The notes beneath the pieces were generated by a model. The model did no database searches. It was not told the origin of the DNA and worked only from the letters and a program-made list of their open reading frames with translations. A program made the translations under genes and the position numbers. 64,000 bases of DNA, taken from Polyangiales bacterium. Lineage in GTDB: Bacteria; Myxococcota_A; Polyangia; Polyangiales; Polyangiaceae. Location of the stretch: contig JBBRNJ010000006.1 in the NCBI GenBank assembly GCA_038230375.1, positions 1-64,000 on the forward strand, in the 5' to 3' direction. Positions 38,007 through 48,586 of the stretch are shown here, piece after piece (the stretch's first letter is position 1; each line of letters opens with the position of its first letter).

Positions 38007-39227
38007 ATGACGAAGGTCCGGCTTGGTGTGCGGGAGAACCTGGCGCAGTTCTCCCTGCTCGTGCTCGTCAACGCGTTCGTCGGAGCCATGGTCGGCATGG
38101 AGCGCGCGCTGCTCCCGCAGATCGCGGAGCAGGAGCTCCATCTCGTGGCAAGGACCGCGGTCCTCTCGTTCATCGTCGTCTTCGGCGTGACCAAGGCGAT
38201 CACGAACTATCTGGCCGGCCGCCTCTCCGACCGGTTCGGAAGGAAGCACGTGCTTGTCGGTGGGTGGCTCGTCGCTGCACCCGTTCCGTTTCTGTTGATG
38301 TGGGCGCCGTCGCTCCCGTGGATTCTCGTCGCCAATGCGTTCCTCGGCGTCAGCCAGGGCCTCACGTGGTCGACAACCGTGATCATGAAGATCGATCTCG
38401 CGGGTCCCAGAAACCGCGGGCTCGCGATGGGCCTCAACGAGTTCGCCGGCTACTTCGCGGTAGGCGCCAGCGCGCTGGCGACCGGGTTCATCGCTGCGCG
38501 CTACGGCCTTCGTCCGCAGCCGTTCTATCTGGGCGTCGTGTTCGTCGCGCTCGGGCTCACGCTGTCGGCCGTCGCCGTGCGAGAGACCAGGCAACATCTC
38601 CAGGTAGAAGCGAAGCACGTAGATGCCCCAGCAGAAGGCATGCCCACGCAACGGGAGATCTTCCTCCGCACCGCCCTGCGCGATCGGAACCTCTCCTCCG
38701 TCACGCAGGCCGGTCTGGTGAACAACCTGAACGACGGAATGGCATGGGGCATGTTCCCGCTGCTGTTCGCTGCCGCCGGGATGAGCCTGGAGCGGATCGG
38801 CACGCTCGCGGCGATCTATCCAGCAACGTGGGGGCTCACGCAGCTCGTGACGGGCGCGTTGTCGGATCGCATAGGTCGCAAGTGGCTCATCGCGTGCGGC
38901 ATGTGGACGCAGGCGCTGGGCATTGGCGTGGTGATCCTGTCCGCGACCTTCGGGGGCTTCGCCACGGGGTCCGTGGTGCTCGGCGTGGGGACCGCGATGG
39001 TCTACCCGACCTTGCTCGCGGCCATCGGTGACGTCGCTCACCCGGCGTGGCGCGCGTCGTCCGTCGGCGTTTACCGCCTATTTCGCGATATGGGCTACGC
39101 GTTCGGTGCACTGCTCGCAGGTGTGGTCGCGGACGCCTTCGGGCTCGCACCCGCCATGTGGGTCGTCGCGGCGCTCACGTTTGCTTCGGGCCTCGTCGTG
39201 GCCGCGCGAATGAGCGAGACTCGCTGA
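38007..39227 (+). CDS. MFS transporter
   Basis: GRLSDRFGRK and GALSDRIGRK motif A; 12-TM pattern. Confidence 0.88.
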   Translation: MTKVRLGVRENLAQFSLLVLVNAFVGAMVGMERALLPQIAEQELHLVARTAVLSFIVVFGVTKAITNYLAGRLSDRFGRKHVLVGGWLVAAPVPFLLMWAPSLPWILVANAFLGVSQGLTWSTTVIMKIDLAGPRNRGLAMGLNEFAGYFAVGASALATGFIAARYGLRPQPFYLGVVFVALGLTLSAVAVRETRQHLQVEAKHVDAPAEGMPTQREIFLRTALRDRNLSSVTQAGLVNNLNDGMAWGMFPLLFAAAGMSLERIGTLAAIYPATWGLTQLVTGALSDRIGRKWLIACGMWTQALGIGVVILSATFGGFATGSVVLGVGTAMVYPTLLAAIGDVAHPAWRASSVGVYRLFRDMGYAFGALLAGVVADAFGLAPAMWVVAALTFASGLVVAARMSETR

Positions 39228-40169
39228 ATGAGCTCGCTCCAGGACCACATCGGCAACACACCGCTCGTCGCGCTCGCGCGTATCGGCGCTGGCCTCCAGG
39301 TTCCGGTGCTCGTGAAGTGCGAGCACATGAACCCCGGCGGATCCATCAAGGATCGCATTGCCCTCGCCATCGTCGACGACGCGGAGGCGCGCGGCGTTCT
39401 TCGGCCCGGCATGACGTTGATCGAAGCGACCGCGGGCAATACGGGCGTCGGGCTCGCCCTCATTGCGGCCGCGCGTGGCTACGATCTCGTGTGCGTGATG
39501 CCCGAGAAGATGTGTGTCGACAAACGGGTAGCGCTCGCGTCGCTCGGCGCGCGCGTCGTGATTGTTCCGAACGCGCCGCCAGCCTCCCCCGAGAACTTCC
39601 GGAATGCCGCACGCCGCATGGCGGAAGAGCACGGCTACTTCTTGACGGACCAGTTCCGCAATCCCGCGAACGTGCTGGTTCACGCGCGAACCACGGCCGA
39701 GGAGATCCTGGCGCAGACAGGCGGTCGGGTCGGTGCCTTCGTGGCGGGCGCGGGAACAGGCGGTACCATCAGCGGCGTCGGGCGCCGCTTGAAGGAGGTG
39801 CTTCCCGCTGTTCGCATCATCCTCGCGGACCCCGTCGGATCTGGTCTTGCGGACTGGGTCGAGAGCGGCACGCTCGGCAAGGACGGCGCGTACGCCGTGG
39901 AGGGGATCGGCGGCAGCGACGTGCCGGAGAACCTGCATCGCGACGTGATCGACGCCGCTGAGCGCGTGAGCGACGAGGAGAGCTTCGCGATGGTGAAGCG
40001 CCTCGTGCGAGAAGAGGGACTGCTCGTGGGTGGCTCCGCCGGAACCAACGTGGTGGCCGCGCTCCGCGTCGCAGCGCGCGGAGGTCTTGCCGGGCCGGTC
40101 GTGACGGTGCTCCCGGACTCGTGGGATCGCTATCGCGCGAAGCCGTGGATGCAGTCCTGGACGTCGTAG
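39228..40169 (+). CDS. PLP-dependent cysteine synthase/cystathionine beta-synthase family
   Basis: IGNTPLV, NPGGSIKDR, TAGNTG, GAGTGGT, EGIG. Confidence 0.9.
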   Translation: MSSLQDHIGNTPLVALARIGAGLQVPVLVKCEHMNPGGSIKDRIALAIVDDAEARGVLRPGMTLIEATAGNTGVGLALIAAARGYDLVCVMPEKMCVDKRVALASLGARVVIVPNAPPASPENFRNAARRMAEEHGYFLTDQFRNPANVLVHARTTAEEILAQTGGRVGAFVAGAGTGGTISGVGRRLKEVLPAVRIILADPVGSGLADWVESGTLGKDGAYAVEGIGGSDVPENLHRDVIDAAERVSDEESFAMVKRLVREEGLLVGGSAGTNVVAALRVAARGGLAGPVVTVLPDSWDRYRAKPWMQSWTS

Positions 40170-40256
40170 GTCGCTCCGCCCGACCTTGGTGCTTTGAGAC
40201 GCGCGCGGGTCGACTCCGGGGTTTCGTGTGATGCTCTTTCGCGGTAGGGAGGAGCC

Positions 40257-43200
40257 ATGCGTACTCACACTCTGCGCGTGCCGTTCCTCCTGGTCGCGTG
40301 TCTTGTCGTTGGCGTTGCGGCCTGCAGCAGCAGCAGCAGCGGAGACACCAGCACGGCGGATGGCGGAGCTCTCACGCTCACCGCCTCCAGCGACTCCACC
40401 GCCGACGGCCCCGTGACGATCACCGCAACGCCGGACTCGATCGCGGCCGAGGTCGCATGGACGCTCGAGGGCGCCGGCACCATCGCCGAGAACACGGGCG
40501 CGCAGACACACTACAAGGCGCCGAACCCCGCCACAGTCCCCGGCGCGAGCATCACTGTCACTGCCAAGGTCGGCACGCAGACCGCATCACTCAAGCTCAC
40601 CGCGGCACCCATGGCGCTCACAGCCGCGAAGATCCCCGGCCTCACCGCGCCCGTCAACGTGACGTTCGACGCGCAGGACGTGCCGCACGTCTTCTGCGCT
40701 GCCATGAACGACTGCCTCGCGGTGCAAGGCTACCTGCAGGCGCGCGACCGCTTCTTCCAGATGGACTTCTTCCGCCGTGTCGCGCGCGGCCGCCTCGCGT
40801 CGCTCATCGGCGACCCCGGCGTCTCGCAGGACAAGCAGCTCCTCACCATCTTCGTCACGCGTGACGGCAAGCGCATCGAGGACGCGCTGTTCGCCGTGGC
40901 CGACGCAGAGACCAAGGGCTGGCTCGGCGCTTACTCCGCCGGCGTCAACGCGTACCTCGGCACGCTGACCACTGCCGCGCAGCTCCCCGGCGAGTACGCA
41001 AAGCTCCCGCCGGTGTCGCCTGCCGCCATCCCGCGCTGGGAGCCGCAAGACACGCTCGCCATCGCGCGCCTGCAGCAATTCCAGCTGTCGGAGACGCTCT
41101 CGCAGGAGATGGACTACGGCACGCTCGCGGCCGCGTACGGCGTGGGTGGTCTCAAGCCAGACCCGGGCAAGTACAATGCGGCCATCCGTTCGGAGCAGCC
41201 GCTCGCGGGCTATACGCTCGGTGACGACTCGAAGATCGGCATGCACCGTCCGGCCGCGCCCCACGGGATGAGCGCGCCCATGATGAACATCGCGCCGTGG
41301 CTCGCGCCGATGGCAGAGGCCCGCCACAACTTCGAGTCGGTGCGTCCGATCTTCGGTCGCATCCTGGACGGCGCGGGCTCCAACAACTGGGTCGTGGACG
41401 CAGCGCACTCGCAGACCGGCAAGGCCATGGTCGCGAACGATCCGCACCTCTCGCTGAACTATCCGCCGCTGTTCCACCTGATCTCCATGACGGCGTCGGA
41501 CTCATCGGGCCTCGACGTCACCGGCGGTGCTTTCGCCGGGATCCCCGGCACGCTCGTGGGTCGCGGGAAGCATGTGGGCTGGGGCGTCACCGTCGTTGGC
41601 TACGACGTGACGGACGTGTACCTGGAGACGCTCGTCTGCGACAACCCCATGGGCATGCTCCTCTGCCCGCAGGTCCTCTACCAGGGCAAGCCCGTGTCGT
41701 TCTTGAACGTGCCCACCGCGCTCTCGTACTCGATCAAGATCGCCGGCAGCAACGTGCCGTTCCCGTGGACGGTGCTCGTGGTCCCGCACCACGGCCCGAT
41801 GATCGCCTACGACCCCATGAGCCAGACCGGCATGAGCGTGCGCTGGACCGGCCACGAGGTGACGCCGCAAGATCTCCGCGCGTTCCTCGGCCTCGGCACC
41901 GCCACATCCGTCGGTGACGCAACGCTACCGAAGGGCAGCGCATTCGCCGCGCTCAAGAACTATGCGGTCGGCGCGCAGAACTTCGTGCTCGCGGACGACC
42001 AGGGCAACATCGGCTATGATCCGCATGCGCTCGTTCCGAAGCGCCCGTGGGCTGGCGCGGGCGCGGGCCGCCTCCCGTGGCTTCCGCTCGACGGCAAGAG
42101 CGGCAATGCGGAGTGGGGCACCGGAAACGCCGCGGACAACTGCGCGGGCACCGGCGCAAACGCTCCAGCCGACGCGTGCTGGATCCCCGACAACCAGCTG
42201 CCGACCGCATGCGCGAGCGGCTGCACCGTCAACACGAAGGCCGCCGGCTTCAAGGGCTACCTCGCAACCGCGAACAGCGATCCCGCGGGCTACGGCGACA
42301 CCAGCGATCCAGTCTCGGGTCTACCCACCGGCGTCGCGGGCGCGCCCTATCTCAGCTTCGGCTGGGATGACCCCACGGACATGCGCTACTCGCGCATCGC
42401 ACAGCTGCTCAAGACGAACACGTCGAACGGCGGCAAGGTGTCCGTCGACGGCATGACGGCAATCCAGTCCGATCACCAGAGCCTCCTCGGCAAGGTGTTC
42501 GAGTCGCTCTACCCGCCGCTCGGCACAGCGCCCGCCAGCTACGCGTCCGCGCGCACCATCCTGGGCGCGTGGAAGGCGCAGGGCTACGACTGTCCCACCG
42601 GCCTCACAGATACCGATCCGAACGGCGCAGCGGTCGCGGACACAGTGGTGCTTGCAAACTCTGCCGGCTGCCTGCTCTTCCACCAGTTCCTGCGCACGGT
42701 GGTCAACAACGTCTTCGCGGACGACATTGGCGCCGTGAAGGGCATCACCGGCACCGCGATCGGCACGGACGGCGGGGGCGAACTGAAGGCGCTGCTCTAC
42801 ATGCTCTCGCTCAACCCGGCCGACGCCGGCACGCCCGCGCTCAGCACATTCTGCAACGACGTGGACACGAAGGGGGTCCTCACCACCGCGCACACCTGCC
42901 AGGAGCAGGTCATCACGGCGCTCGCGTCTGCGTACGACACCGTGAGCGGCGCGCTCGGCACCGACACCACCAAGTGGATATGGGGTCGCGTGCACACGGC
43001 CTCCGCGACCAGCCCATACGCCACGATCGTGGCGCCGTTCCTGGCGGGCCCGTTTGCGCGGCCCGGCGGCGCGTTCACCGTGGACGTCGGCTCGCCGTCA
43101 CTGGTGAAGAGCGACAAGCTCGACTTCTCGTACGGCCACGGCTCCAACGTACGGCACGTGTCCCTGATGTCCACGGACGCCGCAGCGAATGTGTGCAAGA

Positions 43201-43355
43201 TGCAACTACCTGGCGCGGAGAAGGACGGCCCCTGGACGAAGGGCGCCGCGCCGGATCTCATCGGTCAGTACATGAAGAACAAGTACTTCGACTTCCTGCT
43301 CGGCCCCGCCGTCAACCAGAGCGCATATTCGACCGAGACGTTCACGGCGCCGTAA
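40257..43355 (+). CDS. Penicillin acylase family (S45, Ntn-hydrolase) lipoprotein
   Basis: Lipobox VAAC; QARDRFFQMD; nucleophile GSNNWVV; ANDPHL; TANSD. Confidence 0.9.
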   Translation: MRTHTLRVPFLLVACLVVGVAACSSSSSGDTSTADGGALTLTASSDSTADGPVTITATPDSIAAEVAWTLEGAGTIAENTGAQTHYKAPNPATVPGASITVTAKVGTQTASLKLTAAPMALTAAKIPGLTAPVNVTFDAQDVPHVFCAAMNDCLAVQGYLQARDRFFQMDFFRRVARGRLASLIGDPGVSQDKQLLTIFVTRDGKRIEDALFAVADAETKGWLGAYSAGVNAYLGTLTTAAQLPGEYAKLPPVSPAAIPRWEPQDTLAIARLQQFQLSETLSQEMDYGTLAAAYGVGGLKPDPGKYNAAIRSEQPLAGYTLGDDSKIGMHRPAAPHGMSAPMMNIAPWLAPMAEARHNFESVRPIFGRILDGAGSNNWVVDAAHSQTGKAMVANDPHLSLNYPPLFHLISMTASDSSGLDVTGGAFAGIPGTLVGRGKHVGWGVTVVGYDVTDVYLETLVCDNPMGMLLCPQVLYQGKPVSFLNVPTALSYSIKIAGSNVPFPWTVLVVPHHGPMIAYDPMSQTGMSVRWTGHEVTPQDLRAFLGLGTATSVGDATLPKGSAFAALKNYAVGAQNFVLADDQGNIGYDPHALVPKRPWAGAGAGRLPWLPLDGKSGNAEWGTGNAADNCAGTGANAPADACWIPDNQLPTACASGCTVNTKAAGFKGYLATANSDPAGYGDTSDPVSGLPTGVAGAPYLSFGWDDPTDMRYSRIAQLLKTNTSNGGKVSVDGMTAIQSDHQSLLGKVFESLYPPLGTAPASYASARTILGAWKAQGYDCPTGLTDTDPNGAAVADTVVLANSAGCLLFHQFLRTVVNNVFADDIGAVKGITGTAIGTDGGGELKALLYMLSLNPADAGTPALSTFCNDVDTKGVLTTAHTCQEQVITALASAYDTVSGALGTDTTKWIWGRVHTASATSPYATIVAPFLAGPFARPGGAFTVDVGSPSLVKSDKLDFSYGHGSNVRHVSLMSTDAAANVCKMQLPGAEKDGPWTKGAAPDLIGQYMKNKYFDFLLGPAVNQSAYSTETFTAP

Positions 43356-43376
43356 GAGCGTGAAGCGGCGGAGCGA

Positions 43377-44000
43377 TCACTGGCACTGCACGGCGAGCGG
43401 CGTCGTGCAGGCGACGACCGCGCTCGGCCCTTCGCGTCCACACTGCGCACAGACCTGGCCTTCGTTCCAGGTCGCCGTGGCGAACGCGGAGCCATCGCCG
43501 GTGGTGCCGGAGACCTTCACGGTTCCCTTGTCGGAGTTCAGCGAGATGCTCACGCTCGTGGCCATGACCAGATTCTTCCCGTCGAAGAACTGGAACATGT
43601 TCGTGTCCAGGTTCGGATTCGACTTCAGGACGAAGCCGTCCTTCTCGCTGGTCCACACGCCGCACGCGGTGGCGCGGGCATCGCACTCGTCGAACAGGAA
43701 TCGGAAGGTGCCATCCGCATCGAGCGACACGTTGATGGCATCGAGCGCAGCGTCGCCGATGTTGTAGACGCGCGCGCCGGTGGTGGGGTTCGGCGGGGTT
43801 GGCGTGCCGCCGCTACTTCCGGAGCCGCTGCTTCCGGAGCCACTGCTAGAGCCGCCGCCGTTCGACCCGTTCGAGCCGCTGCTCGATGAAGACCCCGCGC
43901 CGCCGCCTGTGGCAGAGGACGAGGAGCCCGGGTCTGGCGCGATCGCGCCGCCGCACCCGGAGAGGACGACGAGCGCGACGAGAGCATGGCGTAGTTGCAT
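43377..44000 (-). CDS. Hypothetical lipoprotein
   Basis: MQLRH...LSGC, Ser/Gly linker, Cys-containing domain. Confidence 0.7.
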   Translation of the reverse strand: MQLRHALVALVVLSGCGGAIAPDPGSSSSATGGGAGSSSSSGSNGSNGGGSSSGSGSSGSGSSGGTPTPPNPTTGARVYNIGDAALDAINVSLDADGTFRFLFDECDARATACGVWTSEKDGFVLKSNPNLDTNMFQFFDGKNLVMATSVSISLNSDKGTVKVSGTTGDGSAFATATWNEGQVCAQCGREGPSAVVACTTPLAVQCQ

Positions 44001-44119
44001 GCGCGCGCACGTGCAGGTTGGATGCCAGCGCGCAGGGCTCAAAAACAAGGTGAATCGTGCGTCCGGCGCCGCGCCATCGTGTGCCACCGAGACAGTCAGA
44101 TCCGGTCTATCTTGGTGAG

Positions 44120-47100
44120 ATGGATGGGTTCGTGGGGCGGGACGGCGAGCTGTCGAAGCTCGACTACGTGCTGTCGGAGGCCGCGCTCGGCGCGGGACGT
44201 CTCGCGCTCGTGTCCGGCGAGCCGGGAATCGGAAAGTCTCGCCTTGCCCAGGAGCTCGCACGTCTCGCAGAGGCGCGTGGGTTCGGCGTGGTGTGGGGAC
44301 GCTCGTGGGAAGCGGAAGGAACACCGGCCTACTGGCCGTGGATCGAGGCGCTCTGCGCGCTGGAGTCGAGCCCCGCGTTTCACGAGGTGGTCACGTCCGT
44401 GCGCGCGTCTGCGCCGGAGCTCGATACGCTCCTCGGTGGTCGCGCAGGCCCGAGCGCTGGCGCGGACACGAAGAGGGCTGCGTTCCAGCTGGGTGCCAGC
44501 GTCGTGCGGTTGCTCGGTGCAGCGTCCGCGCTGTCCCCGATCCTTCTGCTACTCGACGATCTGCATGTGGCCGATTCGCCCTCGCTGGAGCTCCTCGCGT
44601 TCGTCGCACGTCGCCTTCCCAGCACCAAGGTGCTGTGTGTCGGGACCACGCGCGATGCGCCTTCGATCTCCTCGCCTGAGACCACGGACAAGCTGTCATC
44701 GCTCGGCTCCGAGGCGACGCAGATCGCGCTGAGCGGGCTCTCGCGCGAGGTGGTGCTCGCGTGGGTGGAGCGAGAGTCGCCAGCGCTCGCTCTGCAGGCG
44801 GAGCGCGTGTTCGAGGGCTCTGCCGGCAACCCGCTCTTCGTGCGCGAATTGCTCTCCTCATGGCGCGCGGACTCGGATGGTCGCGCGCTTCCGCTCGGCG
44901 TGCGCGGCGCGATCCGCGCGCATTTGCAGCGCGTGTCGCCAGAGACCCTTCGCGTGCTCACCGTCGCATCCGTGCTTGGTCGCGATGTTCGAACCGATCT
45001 GCTTCGCGCCATCTACAACGGTGAAGATCTGAGCAGCCGGCTCGAGGAGGCACGCGCGGCGTCCATCCTGGCCAGCGCGAACGACGGACACACACGCTTC
45101 ACGCATGCCCTGGTCCGTGACGAGCTCTACGCGGGGCTCGCCGCCGCGGAGCGCGCGAGCTTGCACCGCGCGGTGGCCAGGCGCCTGGCACCCACGGAGC
45201 GCACGGGCGCGTTGGCGACCGAGGACCAGGCGGAGAGCGCCGCGCATCACGCACTGCTCGCGGCAGACGCGGACGGCGCTGCATGGACCATGTCCGTGGT
45301 CCTTGCGGGCATGGCAGCGGCCACGTCGAAGCTTGCGTTCTCGCAGGCGTGCGCGCTGGGCACGCGTGCACAAAGCGCGCTCGAGTCGTGGCTCACGCCG
45401 CGCGACGAAGCGGCCCTGCTTGTTGCGCTTGGAGAGGCGCAGATTCACGCCGGCATGCGCGAGCAGGGGCAGCGAACATGTGCGCTTGCCGCGGACCGCG
45501 CCGAGGCGGCCAATGACGCCGCGCTCCTGTCGCGTGCGGCGCTCGCGTTCGCGATCGAGCAGCGATTCGGGCGCCAGCCTGCAGCCATGGCACTTCTTCG
45601 AAGGGCGCGCGCTCTTCTCGGTGACGGCGAGCCGCAGCTTCGTGCAGTGGTGCTGGCGCGCCTTGCCACTGCCATGGTGCCGCCGCTGCCGGAAGAGAAG
45701 GATGAGCCTCTGGCGTTGGCCCGAAGCGCGCTGTCGCTCGCACGTGAGCACGGCAACGACGAGACGCGTCTCTCCGTCTTCACCATGCTGGCCACCGTGT
45801 TCCCGGAGGAGTTCCCGCTGTCCGAGCGCTTCTCGCTCAACGCAGAGGCGATAGCGCTCGCGGAAAAGCTTGGGCAAGTGGCCAGCGTCTCGCTCCTTTT
45901 CGGTTGGCAGATCGCATGCTGGTTGGAGCTGGGAAGGCTGGACGGTGCGCGACAAGAGCTCGCATTCGCGGAGAAGCGCTTCGCGGCACTGCCAGAGTAC
46001 TATCAGTGGCGGCCCTCGCTCCTCCGCGCGTTGATCGCCGCGCTCGACGGTCGGTGGGACGAAGCGAACGCGATCGGTCGACGTGTCCTAAGGTCAGGCG
46101 GGGAGGGCGCGATGTTCGCTTCCATCCAGCAAATGGTCATGCCGTACCTCCGTGGAGATGCTGATGGCTTCGCGGAGGTCGACGCCGAGATCGCTCGCAT
46201 CCACGCCGTCATCCCCGGCTCCAAGGTGTTCCTGAGCATCGGAGATGCGGTGCGCGGTCAGGTCGAGCAGGTGCGTGCAAAGCTCTCCGCCGCGCGTGAG
46301 ATGGATCTTTCGGGCGTGCCCGGCGTTGAACAGCTCGGCTGGCCCGTGGTCCGCAGCGGTCTCACGGACCTCGCCCCGTTCTACTACGACCTTGCTTGCT
46401 CTCGCACGAAGAGCCCGTTGTCGTTCGGTCCCGCTGCGACGTCGACAATGGGTCCGCGCGAGCTGCTCGCGGGGCGACTGGCGCATCTGGCCGGCAAGCT
46501 CGACGCCGCGCAAGAGCATCTAGAGCATTCGCTTGTATTCTGCATGCAGCTGGGCTCGGGGCCGCTCATCGCTCAGACGGAGCTCGCTCTGGCGGAGGTG
46601 CTGACGTCGAAGCGCTCGCCGGAGGCACGTGTTCATGCGCAGGCTGCGCTCGAGATCGCCGAGCCGCTCTCCATGCGCACGGTCGCTGCGCGCGCACGTG
46701 AGCTCGCTTCTTCCGCACCGCTGTCCGTGCGCCCTCCGCCTTTGGTCGCGCCGAGCACGCAGGCATTGTCGCTGCGCCGTCGCGGCGAGCTCTGGGCGAT
46801 CACGGTAGGCCCGTGCGAGATCCTGCTGAAGGACGCGCGCGGTCTTGCCTACCTGGACGCGCTGGTGAGCGCACCGCACATGGAGGTGCACGTGCTGGAG
46901 CTCCTTGGTGTTGGCGACCACGGCGACGCCGGCCCCGTGCTCGATGAGACGGCCAAGCGCGCATACAAGCAGCGCGCCACGGAGCTGCGCGCGGAGCTCG
47001 ACCTTGCCACGCGCTTCTCCGACAGAGGGCGAATCGAGAAGGCCCGCGCAGAGCTCGACGCTCTTGGCGAAGAGCTGTCGCGCGCTGTGGGCCTGGGCGG

Positions 47101-47281
47101 GCGCGACAAACGCGCGGCCTCTGCCGCCGAGAAGGCGCGCATCAACGTGCAACGTCGCCTGCGGGACGTGATCCGGCGCGCGACCGAGGCAGACGAAAAA
47201 ATCGGTATGCACCTCGAAGCCAGCGTGAAGACAGGCGTTTTCTGCCGCTATGCCCCGACCTGGCCTCCCACGGAACGATAG
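44120..47281 (+). CDS. Large AAA_16/STAND-type ATPase regulator with helical repeats and C-terminal HTH-like domain
   Basis: FVGRDGEL, GEPGIGKS, LDDLHVAD, GNPLF, FTHALVRD; C-terminal AEKARINV...KTGVFCRY. Confidence 0.85.
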   Translation: MDGFVGRDGELSKLDYVLSEAALGAGRLALVSGEPGIGKSRLAQELARLAEARGFGVVWGRSWEAEGTPAYWPWIEALCALESSPAFHEVVTSVRASAPELDTLLGGRAGPSAGADTKRAAFQLGASVVRLLGAASALSPILLLLDDLHVADSPSLELLAFVARRLPSTKVLCVGTTRDAPSISSPETTDKLSSLGSEATQIALSGLSREVVLAWVERESPALALQAERVFEGSAGNPLFVRELLSSWRADSDGRALPLGVRGAIRAHLQRVSPETLRVLTVASVLGRDVRTDLLRAIYNGEDLSSRLEEARAASILASANDGHTRFTHALVRDELYAGLAAAERASLHRAVARRLAPTERTGALATEDQAESAAHHALLAADADGAAWTMSVVLAGMAAATSKLAFSQACALGTRAQSALESWLTPRDEAALLVALGEAQIHAGMREQGQRTCALAADRAEAANDAALLSRAALAFAIEQRFGRQPAAMALLRRARALLGDGEPQLRAVVLARLATAMVPPLPEEKDEPLALARSALSLAREHGNDETRLSVFTMLATVFPEEFPLSERFSLNAEAIALAEKLGQVASVSLLFGWQIACWLELGRLDGARQELAFAEKRFAALPEYYQWRPSLLRALIAALDGRWDEANAIGRRVLRSGGEGAMFASIQQMVMPYLRGDADGFAEVDAEIARIHAVIPGSKVFLSIGDAVRGQVEQVRAKLSAAREMDLSGVPGVEQLGWPVVRSGLTDLAPFYYDLACSRTKSPLSFGPAATSTMGPRELLAGRLAHLAGKLDAAQEHLEHSLVFCMQLGSGPLIAQTELALAEVLTSKRSPEARVHAQAALEIAEPLSMRTVAARARELASSAPLSVRPPPLVAPSTQALSLRRRGELWAITVGPCEILLKDARGLAYLDALVSAPHMEVHVLELLGVGDHGDAGPVLDETAKRAYKQRATELRAELDLATRFSDRGRIEKARAELDALGEELSRAVGLGGRDKRAASAAEKARINVQRRLRDVIRRATEADEKIGMHLEASVKTGVFCRYAPTWPPTER

Positions 47282-47304
47282 TTCCGCGCCGCGGAACCCC
47301 TTGC

Positions 47305-47625
47305 ATGACGAAAGGGAAGTTCGCCATGCACCACACGCTCTTTGCCATCTACACCCACCCCCGCGAGACCTGGATCCAGCAGAAGGGGTTCCTCCACGAG
47401 CGGATCATCCCGATGGTCAAGTCGCAGCCCGGCTTCATGTCCGGGACCTGGACCTACGACTCCAAGGAATCGCGCTCGTACGGCTGCGTGAAGTTCGGCA
47501 CGGAGCTGGAGGCGCGCGCGCTCGAGGCGTTCCTGCGCGACGAGGCCACGCGGCAGAACCCGATGGGCGTGGCGATGATCTCGATCGTCGTCACCGAGGT
47601 CGTCGGAGAAGCGAGCGCGACATGA
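47305..47625 (+). CDS. Small ABM/dimeric alpha-beta barrel-like protein
   Basis: IIPMVKSQPGF..GTW pattern. Confidence 0.6.
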   Translation: MTKGKFAMHHTLFAIYTHPRETWIQQKGFLHERIIPMVKSQPGFMSGTWTYDSKESRSYGCVKFGTELEARALEAFLRDEATRQNPMGVAMISIVVTEVVGEASAT

Positions 47626-48548
47626 GCACCGCGCGCGGGATCAAGAAGTGGCTTCGCCGTGTCGGCCTTGGCGTGGTGGTGCTCGTCGCGACAGCGGGTG
47701 CGGGCACCGGCGTCTTCGCGTACGCAAAGACGAGCGCCTATGACGAGAGCACGGACAAGGTCTATGACATCCCGCCGCTGCCCCTCACGCACGACGCGGA
47801 CCCCGCGAAGATCGCGCGCGGTAAGCACCTCGCCCAGTCGCTTGCGGGCTGCGCGATCAGAGCCTGCCATGGCGCGGACCTCACGGGCGGCCATGTGACG
47901 GACGGCGGTCCCGTTGGGCGGTCGGTCACACCCAACATCTCCGTGCTGCTCCCGCTCTACACCGACGGCGAGGTCGCGCGGCTCATTCGCCACGGCGTGA
48001 AGAAGGACGGGCGGACCGTGCGCTTCATGATCTCCAACAGCATGAACTGGCTGCCGGACGCGGACGTCGTCGCGCTGCTCTCCTATCTGCGCACCGTCCC
48101 GGTCACGCCGCGCGAGACCGGCAGCACGGAGATCAAGACGTTCGGCAAGGTGATGGACCGCCTGGGATATATTCCCATCGACATCGCGCGCCGTATCGAT
48201 CACTCGAACGTGGAGCTGGGCCCCGCGCCCTCGCCCACGGCGGAGTACGGCAAGTGGATCGCTCGCCATTGCACCGGCTGCCACGGCGAGCACATGAGCG
48301 GCGGACCGCTTCCCGGCACACCACCGAGCTTCAAGGCGCCGTTGAACCTCACGCCGGATCCGACGGGCCTTGCCGGCTGGTCGTACGAAGACTTCTTCCA
48401 GGTCGTGGAGAGCGGGAAGCGCAAGGATGGGACCCCGCTCGCCGAGTTCATGCCGGTGGACTTCATTCGCGGCATGGACGAGACCGAGCGTCACGCGCTC
48501 TGGGCGTATCTGCAGTCGCTGCCGGCGCGCCCTTTCGGAGGTCACTGA
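47622..48548 (+). CDS. Membrane-anchored diheme c-type cytochrome
   Basis: TM helix; CAIRACH and CTGCH; NLTP..TGL; MP...ALWAYL. Confidence 0.85.
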   Translation: MSTARGIKKWLRRVGLGVVVLVATAGAGTGVFAYAKTSAYDESTDKVYDIPPLPLTHDADPAKIARGKHLAQSLAGCAIRACHGADLTGGHVTDGGPVGRSVTPNISVLLPLYTDGEVARLIRHGVKKDGRTVRFMISNSMNWLPDADVVALLSYLRTVPVTPRETGSTEIKTFGKVMDRLGYIPIDIARRIDHSNVELGPAPSPTAEYGKWIARHCTGCHGEHMSGGPLPGTPPSFKAPLNLTPDPTGLAGWSYEDFFQVVESGKRKDGTPLAEFMPVDFIRGMDETERHALWAYLQSLPARPFGGH

Positions 48549-48586
48549 GCGACGAACGCTGTACCATTCTCGACGTGAGGAGAACG

